Under the pieces are notes generated by a model, which was given only the letters and a program-made list of their open reading frames with translations, searched no databases and was not told the origin of the DNA. Both the position numbers and the translations under genes were made by a program. From Raillietiella orientalis (Eukaryota), in assembly GCA_036172245.1 (NCBI GenBank), contig JAYWIR010000017.1:3906001-3929577 (forward strand): a stretch of DNA of 23,577 bases, written 5' to 3'. Within the stretch, counting starts at the first letter, position 1; each line of letters starts with the position of its first letter. Positions 21,401 to 23,577 of this stretch are shown piece after piece.

Positions 21401-23577
21401 CAACCGCAGGCAGTACCGTCAGCGCCACTACCAAAAGACGCACAGCCTCCTCCTCCCTCACAACCACAACCACAGCAGCGTCCTCTGCTGGTACTGGGAG
21501 TCCCGGTAGCAGCGACACGAGCCCATCTTCCGCATCCACCGAAGCAAGCAGTCCCATCTCCACCATACCAACTGGAAGCACATCAGAAGTTACGGAAACG
21601 ACAGCTGCCTCCAGTTCCCCGTCGTCGCCGGCGTCAACCCCGGTGCCGCCCACTTCATCCGACACGTCTGCCACATCCACGCTATCGCCTGCGTCAACCG
21701 CAGGCAGTACCGTCAGCGCCACTACAGGAAGCACAGTATCCTCCTCCCTCGCAACCACAACCAGTGCAGCGTCCTCTGCTGGTACTGGGAGTCCCGGTAG
21801 CACCGACACGAGCCCATCTTCCGCATCCCACCGAAGCAAGCAGTCCCATCTCACACCAACTGGAAGCACATCAGAAGTTACGGAAACGACAGCTGCCTCC
21901 AGTTCCCCGTCGTCGCCGGCGTCAACACCGGTGGCGCCCAGTTCATCCGACACGTCTGCCACATCCACGCTATCGCCTCCGTCAACCGCAGGCAGTACCG
22001 TCAGCGCCACTACAATAAGCACAGCCTCCTCCTCCCTCGCAACCACAACCACGGCAGCGTCCTCTGCTGGTACTGGGAGTCCCGGTAGCAGCGACACGAG
22101 CCCATCTTCCGCATCCACCGAAGCAAGCAGTCCCATCTCCACCATACCAACTGGAAGCACCAGAAGTTACGGAAACGACAGCTGCCTCAGTTCCCCGTTC
22201 GTCGCCGGCGTCAACCCCGGTGCCGCCCACTTCATCCGACACGTCTGCCACATCCACGCTATCGCCTGCGTCAACCGCAGGCAGTACCGTCAGCGCCACT
22301 ACAGGAAGCACAGTATCTTCCTCCCTCGCAACCAGAACCACGGCAGCGTCCTCTGCTGGTACTGGGAGTCCCGGTAGCACCGACACGAGCCCATCTAATG
22401 CATCCACCGAAGCAAGCAGTCCCATCTCCACCACACCAACTGGAAGCACATCAGAAGTTACGGAAACGACAGCTGCCTCCAGTTCCCCTTCGTCACCGGC
22501 GTCAACACCGGTGCCGCCCAGTTCATCCGACACGTCTGCCAAATCGTCGATCACGCCAGCGTCCACTACTGGCAGTACCGTCAGCGCCACTTCAGGAAGC
22601 ACAGCCTCCTCCTCCCTCGCAACCACAACCACGACAGCCTCTTCAACTGGTACTGGGAGTCCCGGTAGCACCGACACGAGCCCATCTTCCGCATCCACCG
22701 AAGCAAGCAGTACAATCTCCACCACACCAACTGGAAGCACATCAGAAGTTACGGAAACGACAGCTGCCTCCAGTTCCCCTCCGTCATCGGCGTCAACACC
22801 GGTGCCCCCTACTTCATCCGACACGTCTGCCACATCCACGCTATCGCCTGCGTCAACCGCAGGCAGTACCGTCAGCACCACTACAAGAAGCACAGCCTCC
22901 TCCTCCCTCGCAACCACAACCACAGCAGCGTCCTCTGCTGGTACTGGGAGTCCCGGTAGCACCGACACGAGCCCATCTTCCGCATCCACCGAAGCAAGCA
23001 GTCCCATCTCCACACCAACTGGAAGCACATCCAAGTTACGGAAACGACAGCTGCCTCCAGTTCCCCGTCGTCGCCGGCGTCAACACCGGTGCCGCCCAGT
23101 TCATCCGACACGTCTGCAACATCCACGCTATCGCCTCCGTCAACCGCAGGCAGTACCGTCAGCGCCACTACAAGAAGCACAGCCTCCTCCTCCCTCGCAA
23201 CCACAACCACAGCAGCGTCCTCTGCTGGTACTGGGAGTCCCGGTAGCAGCGACACGAGCCCATCTTCCGCATCCACCGAAGCAAGCAGTCCCATCTCCAC
23301 CACACCAACTGGAAGCACATCAGAAGTTACGGAAACGACAGCTGCCTCCAGTTCCCCGTCGTCGCCGGCGTCAACACCGGTGCCACCCAGTTCATCCGAC
23401 ACGTCTGCAACATCCACGCTATCGCCTCCGTCAACCGCAGGCAGTACCGTCAGCGCCACTACAAGAAGCACAGCCTCCTCCTCCCTCGCAACCACAACCA
23501 CGGCAGCGTCCTCTGCTGGTACTGGGGGTCCCGGTAGCACCGACACGAGCCCATCTTCCGCATCCACCGAAGCAAGC
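15440..23577 (+). CDS. Spliced, 3'-incomplete gene for a large secreted or cell-surface mucin-like Ser/Thr/Pro-rich glycoprotein
   Basis: Exons read by hand with GT-AG introns in matching phase: 15440-15475, 15581-~15748, ~15790/15827-15908, 16180-16402, 16727-17009, 17092->end. The N-terminus MIPILRLLLLLQ|TLVWHPTPSS is signal-peptide-like. The last exon is a Thr-rich linker plus 97-aa PTS repeats. Confidence 0.85.
15581..15748 (+). CDS. Mucin-like gene exon 2 (TLVWHPTPSSVQ...RCKLTRLNEESYSLEMPDLRGTPSCDIGLH)
   Basis: Pyrimidine-rich acceptor, open frame, and GTAAGT at 15749. The exact donor is ambiguous (15740, 15748 or 15752). Confidence 0.7.
15827..15908 (+). CDS. Mucin-like gene exon 3 (ELSITPNKDTRNREGALQFKDIIRSK)
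   Basis: Acceptor tcttcccatttgcag|cag (NAGNAG), with an alternative at 15790. The phase-2 donor AA|GTAGGT at 15909 matches the acceptor at 16179. Confidence 0.6.
15964..16101. repeat. Intronic 45-bp minisatellite, 3 copies
   Basis: attactgtttacatagcaacttgtagtctattcccatgacattat starts at 15964, 16009 and 16054. Confidence 0.9.
16180..16402 (+). CDS. Mucin-like gene exon 4 (ITFQDVKEKESYCIFRG...TSYIEVK)
   Basis: Acceptor gcgttttag at 16179; open frame (ORF 16169-16429); phase-0 donor AAG|GTAAGA at 16403. Confidence 0.8.
16727..17009 (+). CDS. Mucin-like gene exon 5 (SGKTFQASAILRR...FNATSL...GKGLCIFTKQIKNNKIPTTTP)
   Basis: Phase-0 acceptor ttttctttatcccacag at 16726; 94 open codons; phase-1 donor CAG|GTAAAT at 17010. 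Confidence 0.8.
17092..23577 (+). CDS. Mucin-like gene giant exon (Thr/Lys-rich linker then PTS repeats; apparent frameshifts)
   Basis: Acceptor tttctccctag at 17091 completes GAA in phase 1. The frame is open to the first indel at ~17931, after which the S/T frame hops among the ORF-track frames. Confidence 0.85.
17424..23577 (+). repeat. Coding tandem repeat, 291-bp (97-aa) unit, ~21 copies
   Basis: The anchor acagctgcctc recurs at 17520, 17811, 18103, 18394, 18685, 18976, 19267 ... 23047, 23338 (21 times, spacing 287-295, mostly 291). Unit: TTAASSSPSSPASTPVPPSSSDTSATSTLSPPSTAGSTVSATTRSTASSSLATTTTAASSAGTGSPGSTDTSPSSASTEASSPISTTPTGSTSEVTE. Confidence 0.97.

Noticed and set aside
18146..23246. 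Plus-strand P/Q/R/H-rich ORFs as an overlapping gene
   Set aside because: This is an alternative frame of the same 291-bp unit that happens to lack stops. It has no independent start or splice context.
17420..23567. Long minus-strand ORFs (V/A/D/E-rich, up to 486 aa) as a real membrane protein
   Set aside because: They are the expected antisense shadow of ACN/TCN/GCN codons. The splice sites, signal peptide and Thr-rich linker all support the plus-strand S/T frame.
17424..23577. CRISPR-like or non-coding satellite array
   Set aside because: There are no unique spacers, the unit is a multiple of 3, and it translates to a PTS mucin repeat in frame with upstream exons.

Overview
Eukaryotic, probably animal, genomic DNA with two parts. 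(1) Positions ~1-15030 are a dense, two-stranded, nested graveyard of what looks like one lineage of L1/Tx1-type (APE endonuclease + RT + CCHC finger) non-LTR retrotransposons. It holds at least five copies of the ORF2 C-terminus/3'UTR and three long, heavily decayed ORF2 bodies (~6480->1280 minus and split by nested insertions; 6500-8280 plus; 15030->12350 minus). It also holds a recurrent composite element with tRNA T-arm/B-box-like heads, an antisense-LINE body and an A-rich tail. None of these encodes an intact protein. The LINE 3' ends share a structure-conserved hairpin / AATAAA / CCGG-N5-CCGG terminus instead of poly(A). (2) From 15440 to the window end lies a spliced plus-strand gene that the ORF track misses. 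It has a signal peptide, a ~270-aa non-repetitive Cys-containing N-terminal region over 5 exons, and then a giant exon with ~21 copies of a 291-bp (97-aa) Ser/Thr/Pro mucin repeat that runs off the window. Indels in the repeat are most likely sequencing errors. All family assignments are by eye from motif memory; no searches were run.
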